Shown in pieces: positions 47,996 through 58,501 of a stretch of DNA of 64,000 bases. The stretch is from positions 32,001-96,000 of the forward strand of contig CAWHFW010000005.1 in the NCBI GenBank assembly GCA_963828735.1, read 5' to 3'. Origin of the DNA: an uncultured Gemmatimonadales bacterium (GTDB taxonomy: Bacteria; Gemmatimonadota; Gemmatimonadetes; Gemmatimonadales; GWC2-71-9). The notes beneath the pieces were generated by a model that saw only the letters and a program-made list of their open reading frames with translations, was not told where the DNA came from and did no database searches. Within the stretch, counting starts at the first letter, position 1. Each line of letters begins with the position of its first letter. Position numbers and translations under genes: made by a program.

Positions 47996-49804
47996 TCAGC
48001 GCTTGAGATTCTGAAGCCAGGCGTGAAACTGGTCGAGGTCGTCGCTCTTCGGGTCGGCGGGACGCGCCGGGCGGGCGCCGCTTTCACCGGCTCCCCCGAA
48101 GAACTCGTCGTACGACACGCCGCCCGGTCCGGAGGCCGTGACGCCGCTCGCGGGCACGGCCGGCGGTGTTGGCGTGGAGTCCTCGCCGAACACCGAGCTC
48201 AACGAGAGGCTGTCGTGCGCCGGGCGCGTTGGCGCGCCGCCCGAGCCGGCATCCTGGACGGAGCGGGCCGGCTCCGCGTGCGTCATCGGGCCGGCCGGCG
48301 CTGCTGGAAGGCGCCCGGCGAGTAGTCCTTGAAGAAACAGCTGGACCGATTGTCCGCGGGTCTCGCGCACCGAGTACAACGGCGGCGGAGCCGCGACGGT
48401 CATCGGTTCGCCAGCGGCCGGCGCGGTGACGGGCTCCGCCGCGGACGCCGGTGCCGCGGCCATGCGCTCGAGCTCCGCCACCTTCTCCTCGAAGCGCGAC
48501 TCGCCGGTGCGATCCACCAGATGACGGAAGACCGTGAGTGCTTCGGCGGTGTGGCCCTGGCGGAGCAGCAGCTCTGCCATGGATTCCGTGACCACCAGGT
48601 CAGGCTCGGAAGGTCGCGGCGGCTCGGCCACAGGGGCAGCCCAGGCCGCCGGTGTTCCCGGCGCCACCAGCTCCTGTACCCTCTCGTCCGCTCCGACGGG
48701 CTCCGCGGTCGCGGCATCGGTCGTTGCCAACGGCTGTTCGTCTGCCGCCTCGGCCTCGGGCTCGGACGCCGGCTCGAAGGAACGAGGCTGCGGCGCTGCG
48801 GTCGCGGTCTCCTCCTTCTCGAGCGGCGGGCGCTCGGGCATCAGCGGCTCGGGCTCGCGGAGTCGACGAGCAGAGAGCAGCTCCTCCGAGGCGTTTGCAA
48901 CCTGGAACTCGCCGCCGCCCGAGCTCTGGAGGACGATGTCCTCGGCGGTCTCCACCTGCCACCCATCCGATGGATCGCGGGAGTCGCCGTGACGGGCTTG
49001 ATCCTCGCGTCCCACGAGACCAGAGAGCGGCTCGACGGTCTCGTCGAGGCTCACCGGCTGTTCGAGCTCGATGCCCACCGGCGGCACGGCGGCGTCGCCG
49101 GCGCTGAGGTCGAGCTCCTCCAGCTCCAGCGGCGGGGCCTCGGCCGCGGTCGAGCCGGAATCCTCCACCCAGGCAAGCGTTGCTTCCCGCGGCGGCTCGG
49201 GCATCGGCGGCAGGCGCATGGCCAAAGCGGCCGGCTCCTCCTCCGCATCCTCCAGGTCGGGCGCGGGCGATTCCGCTGTCGTCGCCTCGGCCATCGCCGG
49301 CTCGGCCAGGCCCGCGGCGTCACCGGCCGCTTCGAGGGTGGTCTCTGCCGTGACGGCCGGCGCGGCGTCGGGCGAGGCGGAGGATGCAGTCTCCGCCTGG
49401 CGGCGGCTGGCCTCTACCCGGCCGAGCTGATCGCGGGCCTCGTCATTGCTCCGATCGACGGTCAGCAGCAGCCGGAGCAACCGCTCCGCCTCGTCGAACC
49501 GAGCCTGTCGCTCGGTGATGTCGGCCAACGCCTTGAGGGCGATGACGTTCTCGGCGTCCAGCGAGAGCACATGATTGAAGGCCACCTCGGCCGCGGGCAG
49601 GTCGCCGAGGTCCAGGTGACAGCGGCCGAGCACGATGCTGGCCGGGATGTAATCGGGATGGAGTGTCAGACCCAGCCGGAGCAGCTCGAGGCCACGGGCC
49701 ACGTCGCCGTTTTTGCGGTGGACTTCGGCGAGGGGAGCGAACGTCAGTCCCTGCGGGTTTTCGGCGTACCGACGCTCCAACTTCTCGATCTCGCTAAGTG
49801 CCAT
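47996..49804 (-). CDS. Tetratricopeptide-repeat protein with long acidic Pro/Ala linker
   Basis: N-terminal TPRs (FAPLAEVHRK, LGRCHLDLG), TESMAELLLRQGH segment, C-terminal DLDQFHAWL helix. Confidence 0.8.
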   Translation of the reverse strand: MALSEIEKLERRYAENPQGLTFAPLAEVHRKNGDVARGLELLRLGLTLHPDYIPASIVLGRCHLDLGDLPAAEVAFNHVLSLDAENVIALKALADITERQARFDEAERLLRLLLTVDRSNDEARDQLGRVEASRRQAETASSASPDAAPAVTAETTLEAAGDAAGLAEPAMAEATTAESPAPDLEDAEEEPAALAMRLPPMPEPPREATLAWVEDSGSTAAEAPPLELEELDLSAGDAAVPPVGIELEQPVSLDETVEPLSGLVGREDQARHGDSRDPSDGWQVETAEDIVLQSSGGGEFQVANASEELLSARRLREPEPLMPERPPLEKEETATAAPQPRSFEPASEPEAEAADEQPLATTDAATAEPVGADERVQELVAPGTPAAWAAPVAEPPRPSEPDLVVTESMAELLLRQGHTAEALTVFRHLVDRTGESRFEEKVAELERMAAAPASAAEPVTAPAAGEPMTVAAPPPLYSVRETRGQSVQLFLQGLLAGRLPAAPAGPMTHAEPARSVQDAGSGGAPTRPAHDSLSLSSVFGEDSTPTPPAVPASGVTASGPGGVSYDEFFGGAGESGARPARPADPKSDDLDQFHAWLQNLKR

Positions 49805-49996
49805 CCGGAGTTCCGCTGGTCGAGGTTCGAGCCGGCGCGGGGGGAAACGTGCTAAGTCATTGCAGGAGGTCTGGGAGAGTAGCGAGCCACCCCGGCGCTG
49901 TCAACTGCTAACGTCTGCCCCGCCTTGAGGTTCTGTGTTGATGTGCTTAAGCTTATGGCTCTTTTGTCCCCCATAGGTCCGGAGTCGCGTCGTACT

Positions 49997-51814
49997 ATGC
50001 AAGCTTTCCGCAATGCGGCCAAACCACTGATGGTGGTCGTGGCCCTCACGTTCTTCGCCTGGCTCGTCGTCGACTTGAGCGGCATCACCGGCAACACCGG
50101 GCTGCTCACCAAGACGGCCGTCGGCAAGGTCAATGGCCGCAGCATCGACGCGCGGACCTACCAGACAGTCGTCCAGCAGAGCATCGACGCCCGACAGCGC
50201 GAAGCGCCCGGGGCGCTCGGACTCGAGGACTACCAGCAGATCCGAGACCAGGTCTGGGAGCAGTTCGTCCAGAACACCGTGCTCGACGCGGAGTACAAGC
50301 GCCGCGGCATCTCGGTGTCGGAGGACGAGATCGTCGAGGCGATGCGCAACTCGCCGCCGCCCGAGTTCCAGAAGATTCCGGAGTTCCAGACCGACAGCCA
50401 GTTCGACCTCGGCAAGTATCAGCGGTGGCTCACCTCCAGCGTCGCGCAGCAGTACCTCCCGTCCCTCGAGGCCCAGTACCGCGAGCAGATCGAGCGCTCC
50501 AAGCTGCTCCGCGTCGTCACGGCCGACATCTACCTCTCCGACGCTGCGCTCTGGGAGCAGTACCGCGACGAGCACGAGATGGTGAAGGTCGGCCTCGCGG
50601 CCGTCATCGCTCGCAACGTCGTGCCCGACACGGCGGTGAAGCTGAGCGATGCCGAGATCAGCGCGTATTACAAGGCGCACCTCGACGACTTCGACCGGCC
50701 CGCGACCTCGTATCTCAGCTTCGTGGCGCTCCCACGGCTCACGACCGCCGGCGACACCGCGATCGCCCGCGCGCGCGCCGACTCCGTCCGGGCGGAGATC
50801 GCCGGCGGCGCCCCGTTCGCCGACGTGGCGCGGCGCGAATCATCCGACAGCGTGAGCGCGGCGCAAGGCGGCGACCTCGGTGAGTGGACCAAAGGCGCCA
50901 TGGATCCGGTCTTCGATTCGGCCGCGTCCAAGCTCCCGCTCAACACCCTGTCGGAGCCTGTCCTGTCGCAGTTCGGGTTCCACATCATCGAGATGACGAG
51001 TCGGAAGGGTGACAAGAGGAAGGGCCGCCACATCCTCATTCCGATCGAGGTGGCCGGCGCACACCGCGACCAACTCGACGCACAGGCCGACAGTCTCGAG
51101 AAGCTCGCCGCGGACAAGGCGGATCCGGCGGCCCTCGACACGGTGGCGCGAGCCCTCAAGCTCCCCGTCGGCAAGACAGGGCCGGTCCAGGAAGGCACGA
51201 AGGTTCAGGTGGGCAGCCTGGCGGTGCCGGATGCCGGCGTCTGGGCCTCGACGGCCAAGCAGGGGCAGACGAGTCCCGTCATCGAGACCTCGATCGCTTA
51301 CTACGTGTTCCGGGCGGACAGCCTTCAGCCCGCAGGCGTCCCGCCGCTGGGGCAGGTCCGCGAGATCGTGGCCTATCAGGCGCGGGCCGAGAAGAAGCTC
51401 GAGCGAGGGCGTGAGATCGCCCGCGAGTTCCTCAAGCGCGTCCAGGCGGGGGGAACGCTCGAGGCCGTGGCGGACTCGATGAAGCTGCCCTACAAGGAAT
51501 TTGGGCCGTTCTCGCGGGTGAGCCCGCCGGTGGACGATCCCGTTGTGGTGGGTACGGCCTTCGGGCTCGACGTGGGTCAGCAGAGCGGCCTGATCGACAC
51601 CAAGCAGGGCATCTACGTCCTCAAGACGCTGGAGCACACGAAGGCGGACTCGGCCGCGTTCCTCAAGGAGCTCGACGCCTATCGCGCGCGGATGATCAAC
51701 CTCGCGCGCCAGGACCGGGTGCGGAACTACCTCGAGGCCCTGCGGCAGGCCGCCAAGGTGGTGGACGATCGGAAGAAGGTGCTGCAGCAGGCGGGGCCCG
51801 CGCCGACGTCGTAA
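49997..51814 (+). CDS. PpiD/SurA-like periplasmic chaperone with parvulin PPIase domain
   Basis: N-terminal TM anchor, VGKVNG, FADVARRESSD, GGDLG, SEPVLSQFGFHII. Confidence 0.9.
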   Translation: MQAFRNAAKPLMVVVALTFFAWLVVDLSGITGNTGLLTKTAVGKVNGRSIDARTYQTVVQQSIDARQREAPGALGLEDYQQIRDQVWEQFVQNTVLDAEYKRRGISVSEDEIVEAMRNSPPPEFQKIPEFQTDSQFDLGKYQRWLTSSVAQQYLPSLEAQYREQIERSKLLRVVTADIYLSDAALWEQYRDEHEMVKVGLAAVIARNVVPDTAVKLSDAEISAYYKAHLDDFDRPATSYLSFVALPRLTTAGDTAIARARADSVRAEIAGGAPFADVARRESSDSVSAAQGGDLGEWTKGAMDPVFDSAASKLPLNTLSEPVLSQFGFHIIEMTSRKGDKRKGRHILIPIEVAGAHRDQLDAQADSLEKLAADKADPAALDTVARALKLPVGKTGPVQEGTKVQVGSLAVPDAGVWASTAKQGQTSPVIETSIAYYVFRADSLQPAGVPPLGQVREIVAYQARAEKKLERGREIAREFLKRVQAGGTLEAVADSMKLPYKEFGPFSRVSPPVDDPVVVGTAFGLDVGQQSGLIDTKQGIYVLKTLEHTKADSAAFLKELDAYRARMINLARQDRVRNYLEALRQAAKVVDDRKKVLQQAGPAPTS

Positions 51815-51862
51815 GCGCCGGCCTGGCGATTCGACAGGCAATTTCGAAGGTCAGGATGGCAC

Positions 51863-51893
51863 AAGGGGGGCATGCATGAATGCATGCCCCCCT
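51863..51893. terminator. Hairpin, probable terminator between convergent ppiD-like and tatA genes
   Basis: GGGGGCATGCA-TGAA-TGCATGCCCCC inverted repeat. Confidence 0.7.
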
Positions 51894-51941
51894 TCGCTGT
51901 TCGGGAACGGCCCGAAGTCCGATCGGTGTCCGCCAGCCACC

Positions 51942-52199
51942 CTACTGCGACAGCCGCTTCGGCTCTCCGCTATTCGCGTTCGGCGCCTGCTGATTCTGCG
52001 CGTCCGGCTGGCGCGAGGCGAGATTGCGCTGCGCCTCGTCCGGCCCCATGATCGCTTCCGTGGTGTCGGTCAGGCTCCGCTTGAACTCACGAATGCCCTT
52101 GCCGATCGAGGACCCCACCTCCGGCAGCCGCTTGGCGCCGAACAGCAGGAGCACCACCACCATGATCAGCATGATTTCGGTAAAACCGAGGTTGCCCAC
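51942..52199 (-). CDS. tatA: Twin-arginine translocase TatA/TatE
   Basis: LG..E.......LLLFGAKRLPEVGSSIGKGIREFK. Confidence 0.95.
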   Translation of the reverse strand: MGNLGFTEIMLIMVVVLLLFGAKRLPEVGSSIGKGIREFKRSLTDTTEAIMGPDEAQRNLASRQPDAQNQQAPNANSGEPKRLSQ

Positions 52200-52208
52200 G
52201 GGGACCCC

Positions 52209-52478
52209 CTAGAAAATCGAGCGGGCGATCAGGTACGCCACCAGGACGCCGATCAGGGCCAGCAGCGAGACGTGCAGACCGATCGGGCCCAGGGTGAAGT
52301 TTATCACCAGGAGGTCGGCGGAGACAGGGCCGAAATTGGCCGTCCAGGTACTGGTGAAGAACGTACGCGCGGCGCTCTCCGGCAGCGTCTGCCGGAGAAG
52401 CGCGGTGAGTGCTCCGCCTCCGATGAACCCCGCGACGAGGATCCCGAGGTAGAACCCCGGCCGATGGGGACCGGCCAT
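52209..52478 (-). CDS. Small membrane protein (DUF4321-like)
   Basis: Two terminal TM segments with a DLLVINFTLG beta-like middle part. Confidence 0.7.
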   Translation of the reverse strand: MAGPHRPGFYLGILVAGFIGGGALTALLRQTLPESAARTFFTSTWTANFGPVSADLLVINFTLGPIGLHVSLLALIGVLVAYLIARSIF

Positions 52479-53467
52479 CAGCGCCTGCGATCCACGACGT
52501 AGGTGATCGCCGCCCGGAGCGCGTCGCGCGCGGGCGACGGCGGCAGCGCATCGAGCTCGCCGTCCGCCTGCTGGGCGAGCCGCAGCGCGCGCTCGCGCGC
52601 GTAGTCCAGTCCGCCCGCCTCCGCCACCGCCGCGACCACCTCGGCGATCTGCGGGTCGTCCGGCTCGGGAGTGTCCATCAGGGCATCCACCTGCGAGCGG
52701 GCCGCCGCGCCCATCCGCGGCAGCGCGGCGATGAGGGGCAGCGTGACCTTGTGCTCGCGCAGATCGGAGCCCGTCGGCTTACCGGTGACGGACGGGTCGC
52801 CGACGTAGTCGAGGAGGTCGTCCACGATCTGAAACGCCATGCCGAGCGCCTCGCCGTAGCGGCGGAGCGCGGCGCGCTCGCCGGGCGCCGCGCGCAGGGC
52901 GCCCACCTCGCATGCCCCCGACAGGAGCGACGCGGTCTTCGCCTGGATCAGGAGGTCGTACGCCTCTTCCGAGAACTGGAGCGGCTCGTGCGCCAGGAGC
53001 TGCCGCATCTCGCCCACGGTCATCTCGTTGGTCACGCGGCTCAGCACGCGGAGCGGCTCCAGGTCGTCGAGCCGCACCAGCTCGATCACGGCGCGCGAGT
53101 ACAGGTAGTCGCCCATGATGACCGACACCTGGTGGCTGAACAGCGAGTTGATGGTCGGCATGCCCCGCCGGAGCACCGAGTGGTCCACGGAGTCGTCGTG
53201 CACCAGCGTCGCCACGTGAATCAGCTCGATCACCGCGGCGAGGGTCACGGTGCGCGGGTCGCGCGACCCGGTCGCCTCGTCGGCCAGCAACAGCAGGGTC
53301 GGGCGGAACATCTTGCCCTGCATCTGGAAGAGATGCGAGTTGACCTGCGCGATCAGGCCGAAATCCGCCTCGACGATCCGGCGGACCTCGTGCGGCACGC
53401 GGTCGAGCCGGCCGCGCACCGGACTCTGCAAATCGGCGAGGGTGATCGGGACGATCTGAGAGCTCAT
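52478..53467 (-). CDS. Polyprenyl diphosphate synthase (IspB/HepT-like)
   Basis: GKMFRP, ELIHVATLVHDD...RRG, FQIVDDLLD, GKP.GSDLRE.K.TLP. Confidence 0.95.
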   Translation of the reverse strand: MSSQIVPITLADLQSPVRGRLDRVPHEVRRIVEADFGLIAQVNSHLFQMQGKMFRPTLLLLADEATGSRDPRTVTLAAVIELIHVATLVHDDSVDHSVLRRGMPTINSLFSHQVSVIMGDYLYSRAVIELVRLDDLEPLRVLSRVTNEMTVGEMRQLLAHEPLQFSEEAYDLLIQAKTASLLSGACEVGALRAAPGERAALRRYGEALGMAFQIVDDLLDYVGDPSVTGKPTGSDLREHKVTLPLIAALPRMGAAARSQVDALMDTPEPDDPQIAEVVAAVAEAGGLDYARERALRLAQQADGELDALPPSPARDALRAAITYVVDRRR

Positions 53468-55722
53468 TCGCGCCGCCCCGCCGTGAGTCGGTGGATGCGC
53501 TCGCTCAGGTCCATGAACTGGATGTCCACCGCCATCGCGCGCTCGTAGCTCGTGATGGCGTCAGCGCCCTTCCCCTGCGCCTCCAGCGCGCGGCCGAGCC
53601 AGTAGATCAGGCCGATCTTCGCCTCGTCGCCGCCGTCGACGCTATCGACGGCGCGCCGGAGCACCGCCTCGGACACCGCGAACTGGCCCTTCTCGAAGAA
53701 GGCCATTCCGAGCGCCTCCGACGTGCGGAGGCGGCCCTCGGGCGCCCGCAGGGCCTTCTGGAACTCCGCGATGGCCTCGTCGAGCAGCCCCATCTCCTTG
53801 AACGCCACGCCGAGGTCGTAGTGCGCCTGGTAGTCATCGGAATCGAGGTTCTGCTCGATGCCGCGCTTGAACTGCTCCAGGATCTCCTTGAACTCCCGCT
53901 GCTCGTCCTCGTCCTGCGGCTCGCGGCGCTCGATGCGCATGCGCGTGTCGCGGGGCGCGGACTCCTCGAAGATCATCGAGCCGAGGTCCACGAACGGATC
54001 GCTCCCGACGGCCGCCGGCGGCGGAGCTGGCGGCGGGGGTGTGGGAGGAGCCGGCGGGAGGGCGGGCATCGATGCGGCCGGCCGACTCGCCGGTGGCGCC
54101 GGCGTGCTCGCCGGTGCGGCCGGGGGCGCGGTCAGCGCCGTAACGGCCGCCGATGCGCGATCATTGGCGGGGTCGTGCTCCTGCACGCGGCGATACACGG
54201 CGAGGGCCTTGTCGGTCGCCCCTGCTCGGCCGAGCGCGTCGCCCAGCGAGAGGTAGGCATCCAAGAGCGGGGCCCGCTCACCGGTCCGGAAGGCCAGCTC
54301 GACCCGCTTCTGATGATGGTGGATCGCGTCCGGCTCCAGGGCGACGAGGCGGTCCCCGATCCCCGTTGCACCCTGCCAGTCCTCGGCACGCTCGTAGCCT
54401 TCGAGCGCGAGCCGCAGCTCCTCCGCGGCGCGGGGCAGCTCGCCCACGAGCAGCAGTCGGTCCGCCAGCTCGCGATGGAGATCCGGGTTGTCCGGATCGT
54501 CGACGATCCGGTCCTCGAACTCCGCGACCTCGTCCGCCGGCGCCCCCGCGTAGTCCTCCGCCCTCGGGTCCGCTTCCGCTCCCGCCTCGATCAGCGGCAG
54601 CCCCGTGGTGGCCGACGGCGATGGCTCCGCCGCCTCGTCTTCGATGAAATCGAGATCGAGGTCGTCCACGGCCGCCACCGTCTCGGTGAAGTCCACCTCG
54701 GTCGCCGCGAGGGACAGGTCGAGATCCTCAGCGGTATCGAGGAGGCCTTCGACCGGCGCCGCGTCCACCTCTTCGTCTATCGGCAGCACCGTCGACTCGA
54801 GGGGCAACCCCTCGAAGCTGAGATCGGCGGCCGGCGTCTCGAGCTCGAGTCCCGCCACCAGGCCGACGGGCTCGGTCGGCGCGTCGGCCTCGATCGTCTG
54901 TTCCAGCCCCGCGAGTGCCTCCGCCGCCGCCGGCTCCTCGACACCCGTGTAGTCCGGCTGAGTGAGCTCGAGTCCCTCTGGCGGCGGGGCGTCCACGGAC
55001 ACGGGCGGCTCCGCGGGCGCCGCCGCCGCGGGCGGCGTCGTCGGCACGTCGAGCCCGGTGTCGAGGAAGACGAGATCGCCCCGGCTCCGTGGGGTCGGCC
55101 GTGGGGGTGCAGGTGCCGCCGCATCTGCGCCCTCGCCGGCCGGCGCCACAGGATGCGCGGGGCCGCCGCCGGCGAGCTCGAGATCGCCGGCGATCTTGGC
55201 GAGCTGCTCGAGCGCCTCTTCTTCCCTCGAAGCCGCGCGCAGCAACTCGACCAGCATCATGCGGATTTCCTGGCTCCCCGAGAACTGATCCGCGAACTCC
55301 TTGACCGACTGAAACGCCTGGTCCAGCTGTCCGAGCCCGTTCATCCGTTCGAGGAATTCGATCAGGTTCCGCTTGGCCTCGATGACGACGTTCTTGCGGG
55401 CGTGGAGCTGGGCCAGCTTGAGGTAGGTCTGCGTTCGACCGGGGTTGACTCGCAGAATCTTTCCGCAGAGCGCGATCGCGTTGTTGAAGAACCCCTGATC
55501 CGCGTACAGGTCGACCGCCCGCTCATAGGAGCGCACCGCGGCCGCGGTATCGTTGATCTTGAGGTAGAGGTCGCCGACGCGATTGTAGAGCGAGAGGTCC
55601 GGGCTGGTATCGGCCCCGGATTCGATTTGCTGGATGGCTTTGAGGTAGACGTCGATCGCCTTTCGCCAGTCCTCCTTCTGCTCGAACTTCCGCGCCGAGT
55701 CTTTCAGCTTTTCCAGATTCAT
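53464..55722 (-). CDS. Multi-TPR protein (SgmX-like architecture)
   Basis: Three TPR clusters separated by acidic/Pro-rich linkers; C-terminal HYDLGVAFKEMGLLDEAIAEFQ. Confidence 0.8.
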   Translation of the reverse strand: MNLEKLKDSARKFEQKEDWRKAIDVYLKAIQQIESGADTSPDLSLYNRVGDLYLKINDTAAAVRSYERAVDLYADQGFFNNAIALCGKILRVNPGRTQTYLKLAQLHARKNVVIEAKRNLIEFLERMNGLGQLDQAFQSVKEFADQFSGSQEIRMMLVELLRAASREEEALEQLAKIAGDLELAGGGPAHPVAPAGEGADAAAPAPPRPTPRSRGDLVFLDTGLDVPTTPPAAAAPAEPPVSVDAPPPEGLELTQPDYTGVEEPAAAEALAGLEQTIEADAPTEPVGLVAGLELETPAADLSFEGLPLESTVLPIDEEVDAAPVEGLLDTAEDLDLSLAATEVDFTETVAAVDDLDLDFIEDEAAEPSPSATTGLPLIEAGAEADPRAEDYAGAPADEVAEFEDRIVDDPDNPDLHRELADRLLLVGELPRAAEELRLALEGYERAEDWQGATGIGDRLVALEPDAIHHHQKRVELAFRTGERAPLLDAYLSLGDALGRAGATDKALAVYRRVQEHDPANDRASAAVTALTAPPAAPASTPAPPASRPAASMPALPPAPPTPPPPAPPPAAVGSDPFVDLGSMIFEESAPRDTRMRIERREPQDEDEQREFKEILEQFKRGIEQNLDSDDYQAHYDLGVAFKEMGLLDEAIAEFQKALRAPEGRLRTSEALGMAFFEKGQFAVSEAVLRRAVDSVDGGDEAKIGLIYWLGRALEAQGKGADAITSYERAMAVDIQFMDLSERIHRLTAGRRE

Positions 55723-55817
55723 GCGGCTCGGGCTGGAGAAGGGAGACCAGAGATAAGGCTAGGAGTGAGCGAAAAGTACCGGGCTGCCACCCCCCCGGCA
55801 AGCAGGTGCGCGCGGGC

Positions 55818-57347
55818 CTACGCGACCCCCGGATCGAGCTCGCCGAGGGCCACCGCGCGGGCCAGCCGCTCGAGGTCCGGAGCGGGCGGGCGGTCGGCCA
55901 CGAGGGGGGGCACCGCGGGACTGAGCCCCCGCAGACGGCGATACAGCGTCCCGACCCCGCGTCCCGGCGCGAGGGGCTTCAGGAACTCGAGGCCCTGCGC
56001 CGCGCACAAGAGCTCGGCCGCCACGACGCGCTGCGCGTTGGCCAAGATCCGCTGCGCCTTCCACGCCGACGCCATCCCCATGGGGACGAAGTCCTCCTGA
56101 TTGGCGTCCGTCGGTATGGAGCCGATGCTTGCCGGCATGGCGATGGCTCGCGACTCCGCGACCAGCGACGCCGCCGTGATCTGCACCATCATGAACCCGC
56201 TGGAGAGACCGGGGTCGTCGGTCAGAAACGCCGGCAGCCCCTGGGAGAGATCGGGGTTGACGAGGCGCTCGACTCTTCGCTCGGCGATCGCCTGCAGGGT
56301 CGTGAGCGTCATCGCCAGCACGTCCAGCGCCTGGGCCACGGGCTGACCGTGGAAGTTGCCGCCCGAGATGACGTCGCCGTTTCCGAAGACCAGCGGATTG
56401 TCGGTCGACGCATTGAGCTCGACGGCGACCGTCTCCTCCGCGAAGCGGATCGCGTCCGCCACGGCGCCAAGCACCTGCGGCGCGCACCGGAGACTGTACG
56501 CGTCCTGCACGCGAGGATCGTTCTCCCGGTGCGACTCGCGGATCTCGCTGTCGACGAGAAGCCCGCGCATCAGATCCGCGGCTTCCGCCTGGCCGCGATG
56601 CGGGCGGGCGGCGTGGATGCGCGGGTCGAGCGGGGCCGGCGTGCCGCGGAGCGCTTCGAGGCTCATCGCCGCCGCACCCACGGCGGTCCGCCAGAGCACC
56701 CGCGCGTCGTGGGCGAGCAGCGCGAGCAGCGCGGTCTGCGCCTGCGTGCCGTTGATGAACGCGAGGCCTTCCTTCGGCGCCAGGACGAATGGAGCGAGGC
56801 CGGCGGCCGCGAGGGCGTCGTGCGCCGGAGTCGTCCCCGTGCGACCCAGGACGTCGCCCTCTCCCATCAGCGCCAGGGCGATGTGGCTCAGCGGGGCCAG
56901 GTCTCCGCTCGCGCCCACGCTGCCCTGCTCCGGGACCAGCGGGACGATGCCCGCGTTGAGCAGCGCCACCACGGCGTCCACGAGCTCCGGCCGGACGCCG
57001 CTCGTGGGACGGAGGAGGACGTTGGCACGCAGCAGCATGACCGCGCGCACCACCTCCGCGCCCATCGCCGCTCCGACGCCGGCGGCGTGGCTTCGGATCA
57101 GGTTGACCTGGAGCTGGTCCAGCTTGTCCGGTGGCACCCGCACGTTGGCGAGTTTGCCGAAGCCGGTGTTGATCCCGTAGATCGTCTGCCCCGACGCGAT
57201 CGCGGCCTCCACCAGGCGTCGGCTGCCGAGCAGCGCCTGTCGCGCGCCGCCGTCCACGCCCACGCGGACCGACGGATTCCGGGCAACGCGCACGACGTCC
57301 ATGACCGTGAGCGAGCGGCCATCGAGCGTGCAGTCTGAGGCAGGCAT
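55818..57347 (-). CDS. hutH: Histidine ammonia-lyase
   Basis: YGINTGFG, NLIRSHAAG, GSVGASGDLAPLSH (MIO Ala-Ser-Gly), QDAYSLRC, GGNFHG, NQED. Confidence 0.96.
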   Translation of the reverse strand: MPASDCTLDGRSLTVMDVVRVARNPSVRVGVDGGARQALLGSRRLVEAAIASGQTIYGINTGFGKLANVRVPPDKLDQLQVNLIRSHAAGVGAAMGAEVVRAVMLLRANVLLRPTSGVRPELVDAVVALLNAGIVPLVPEQGSVGASGDLAPLSHIALALMGEGDVLGRTGTTPAHDALAAAGLAPFVLAPKEGLAFINGTQAQTALLALLAHDARVLWRTAVGAAAMSLEALRGTPAPLDPRIHAARPHRGQAEAADLMRGLLVDSEIRESHRENDPRVQDAYSLRCAPQVLGAVADAIRFAEETVAVELNASTDNPLVFGNGDVISGGNFHGQPVAQALDVLAMTLTTLQAIAERRVERLVNPDLSQGLPAFLTDDPGLSSGFMMVQITAASLVAESRAIAMPASIGSIPTDANQEDFVPMGMASAWKAQRILANAQRVVAAELLCAAQGLEFLKPLAPGRGVGTLYRRLRGLSPAVPPLVADRPPAPDLERLARAVALGELDPGVA

Positions 57348-57412
57348 GGCCCGAAGTAACCCGGGGCGGCGCACGGATTCAACCCCCGCACGTTCCCGGA
57401 TTGCCCGTGACA

Positions 57413-57475
57413 CGCGAAGGGGCGAGGCGGCCCGTCACGACCCTCCGCCGTGGCGCACCGCCCCGCCCCTTCGCG
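57413..57475. terminator. 18-bp inverted repeat (1 mismatch), possible terminator or mRNA-stabilising stem
   Basis: CGCGAAGGGGCGAGGCGG (57413-57430) pairs with CCGCCCCGCCCCTTCGCG (57458-57475). Confidence 0.55.
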
Positions 57476-57523
57476 CGTCGGCCGTGGCTCGTGGTGGCCG
57501 CGGGGACGCTGGGAGCTGATCAG

Positions 57524-58372
57524 CTATTTCGAGGCGTGCCGCACCAGGAGCTCGGGGTTGCCCGGGTCGGTCTGATAGGCCCAGTCGAGGATCAGGAAGT
57601 CGTGCCCGACGTGGCTGACGCGGACGGCGCCGTAGCGCTTGAACCCGTCACCGCCGTTCATCTCGAACACGTACCCATATCCCGGAATCGCGAGGATCCC
57701 CGACGTCCGGTACGCGCGGTCGGCCGCGAAGTCGATCGAGGTCAAGTCCTCCACGGGATTGTTCTCGTCGTAGTACTCGACGCCGGTGCCGGCGCGAACC
57801 GGCGTGAGATAGAGATCGCCGATGCCGTCGCGGTCCACGAAGAAGTCGATACTGGCGGCCGAGCCCGCGCGGATCAGGCCCAACTCCGCATCCTGGACGC
57901 CGCCGTCACCGTTGAGGTCGTCCCAGAAGCGGAAGCCGCTGCCCGCATCCTGGAACTCGAACGCGTAGAGGATCGTGTTCCGGGAGTCGGGGCGCGGCGT
58001 GTCGGACCGAACCGGCGATTGACCGCTCTCGGACCCGTCGATGCTCACCGCGGTGACCGCGTAGCAGTGGGGCACGCCGTTGGCAAGCGCGCCGACGATG
58101 AACTCCGGCGCCACGGTGGTTCCCTCGAGCTGCCAGGTCGAGCCGCACTGATTCTGATCGAGATCGTAGGAGGTGCTGTAGACCCGGTAGTTCTGGAAGT
58201 TGCCTGGAGCCGAGACGTACGAGTTGTCGGTCCAGGTGAGGGCGATGGCGCCGTCTAGCGAGGTGCTGGACAGGCTCGCGGGCACATCGGGAGGTGCGCC
58301 GGGCCCGGTCTGGTTGTCCGACGAGCATGCGGCCACCGCGGCGAGGGCGCCGAGCATCCACCAACCACGCAT
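57524..58372 (-). CDS. Putative lipoprotein with fibronectin type III-like domain
   Basis: MRGWWMLGALAAVAA-C lipobox; P..L......I.LTW, YRVY, Y.VTAV..DG.ES..S pattern. Confidence 0.7.
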   Translation of the reverse strand: MRGWWMLGALAAVAACSSDNQTGPGAPPDVPASLSSTSLDGAIALTWTDNSYVSAPGNFQNYRVYSTSYDLDQNQCGSTWQLEGTTVAPEFIVGALANGVPHCYAVTAVSIDGSESGQSPVRSDTPRPDSRNTILYAFEFQDAGSGFRFWDDLNGDGGVQDAELGLIRAGSAASIDFFVDRDGIGDLYLTPVRAGTGVEYYDENNPVEDLTSIDFAADRAYRTSGILAIPGYGYVFEMNGGDGFKRYGAVRVSHVGHDFLILDWAYQTDPGNPELLVRHASK

Positions 58373-58501
58373 AGGTGTCTCCGAAGGGGTTTCGCCTGCG
58401 GATGAGCGAAACGCGTGCCACCGTACCGATGCCATAAACCGTTACTGTACAGCTACTTATCGCGACAAACCGGCAGCCAGCCGTCCCGATCCGGGGACAG
58501 G

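Noticed and set aside
47996..55722. Tandem DNA repeats in Pro/Ala/Glu-rich regions
   Set aside because: Low-complexity protein linkers with no periodic nucleotide unit; no CRISPR-like repeat-spacer pattern seen.
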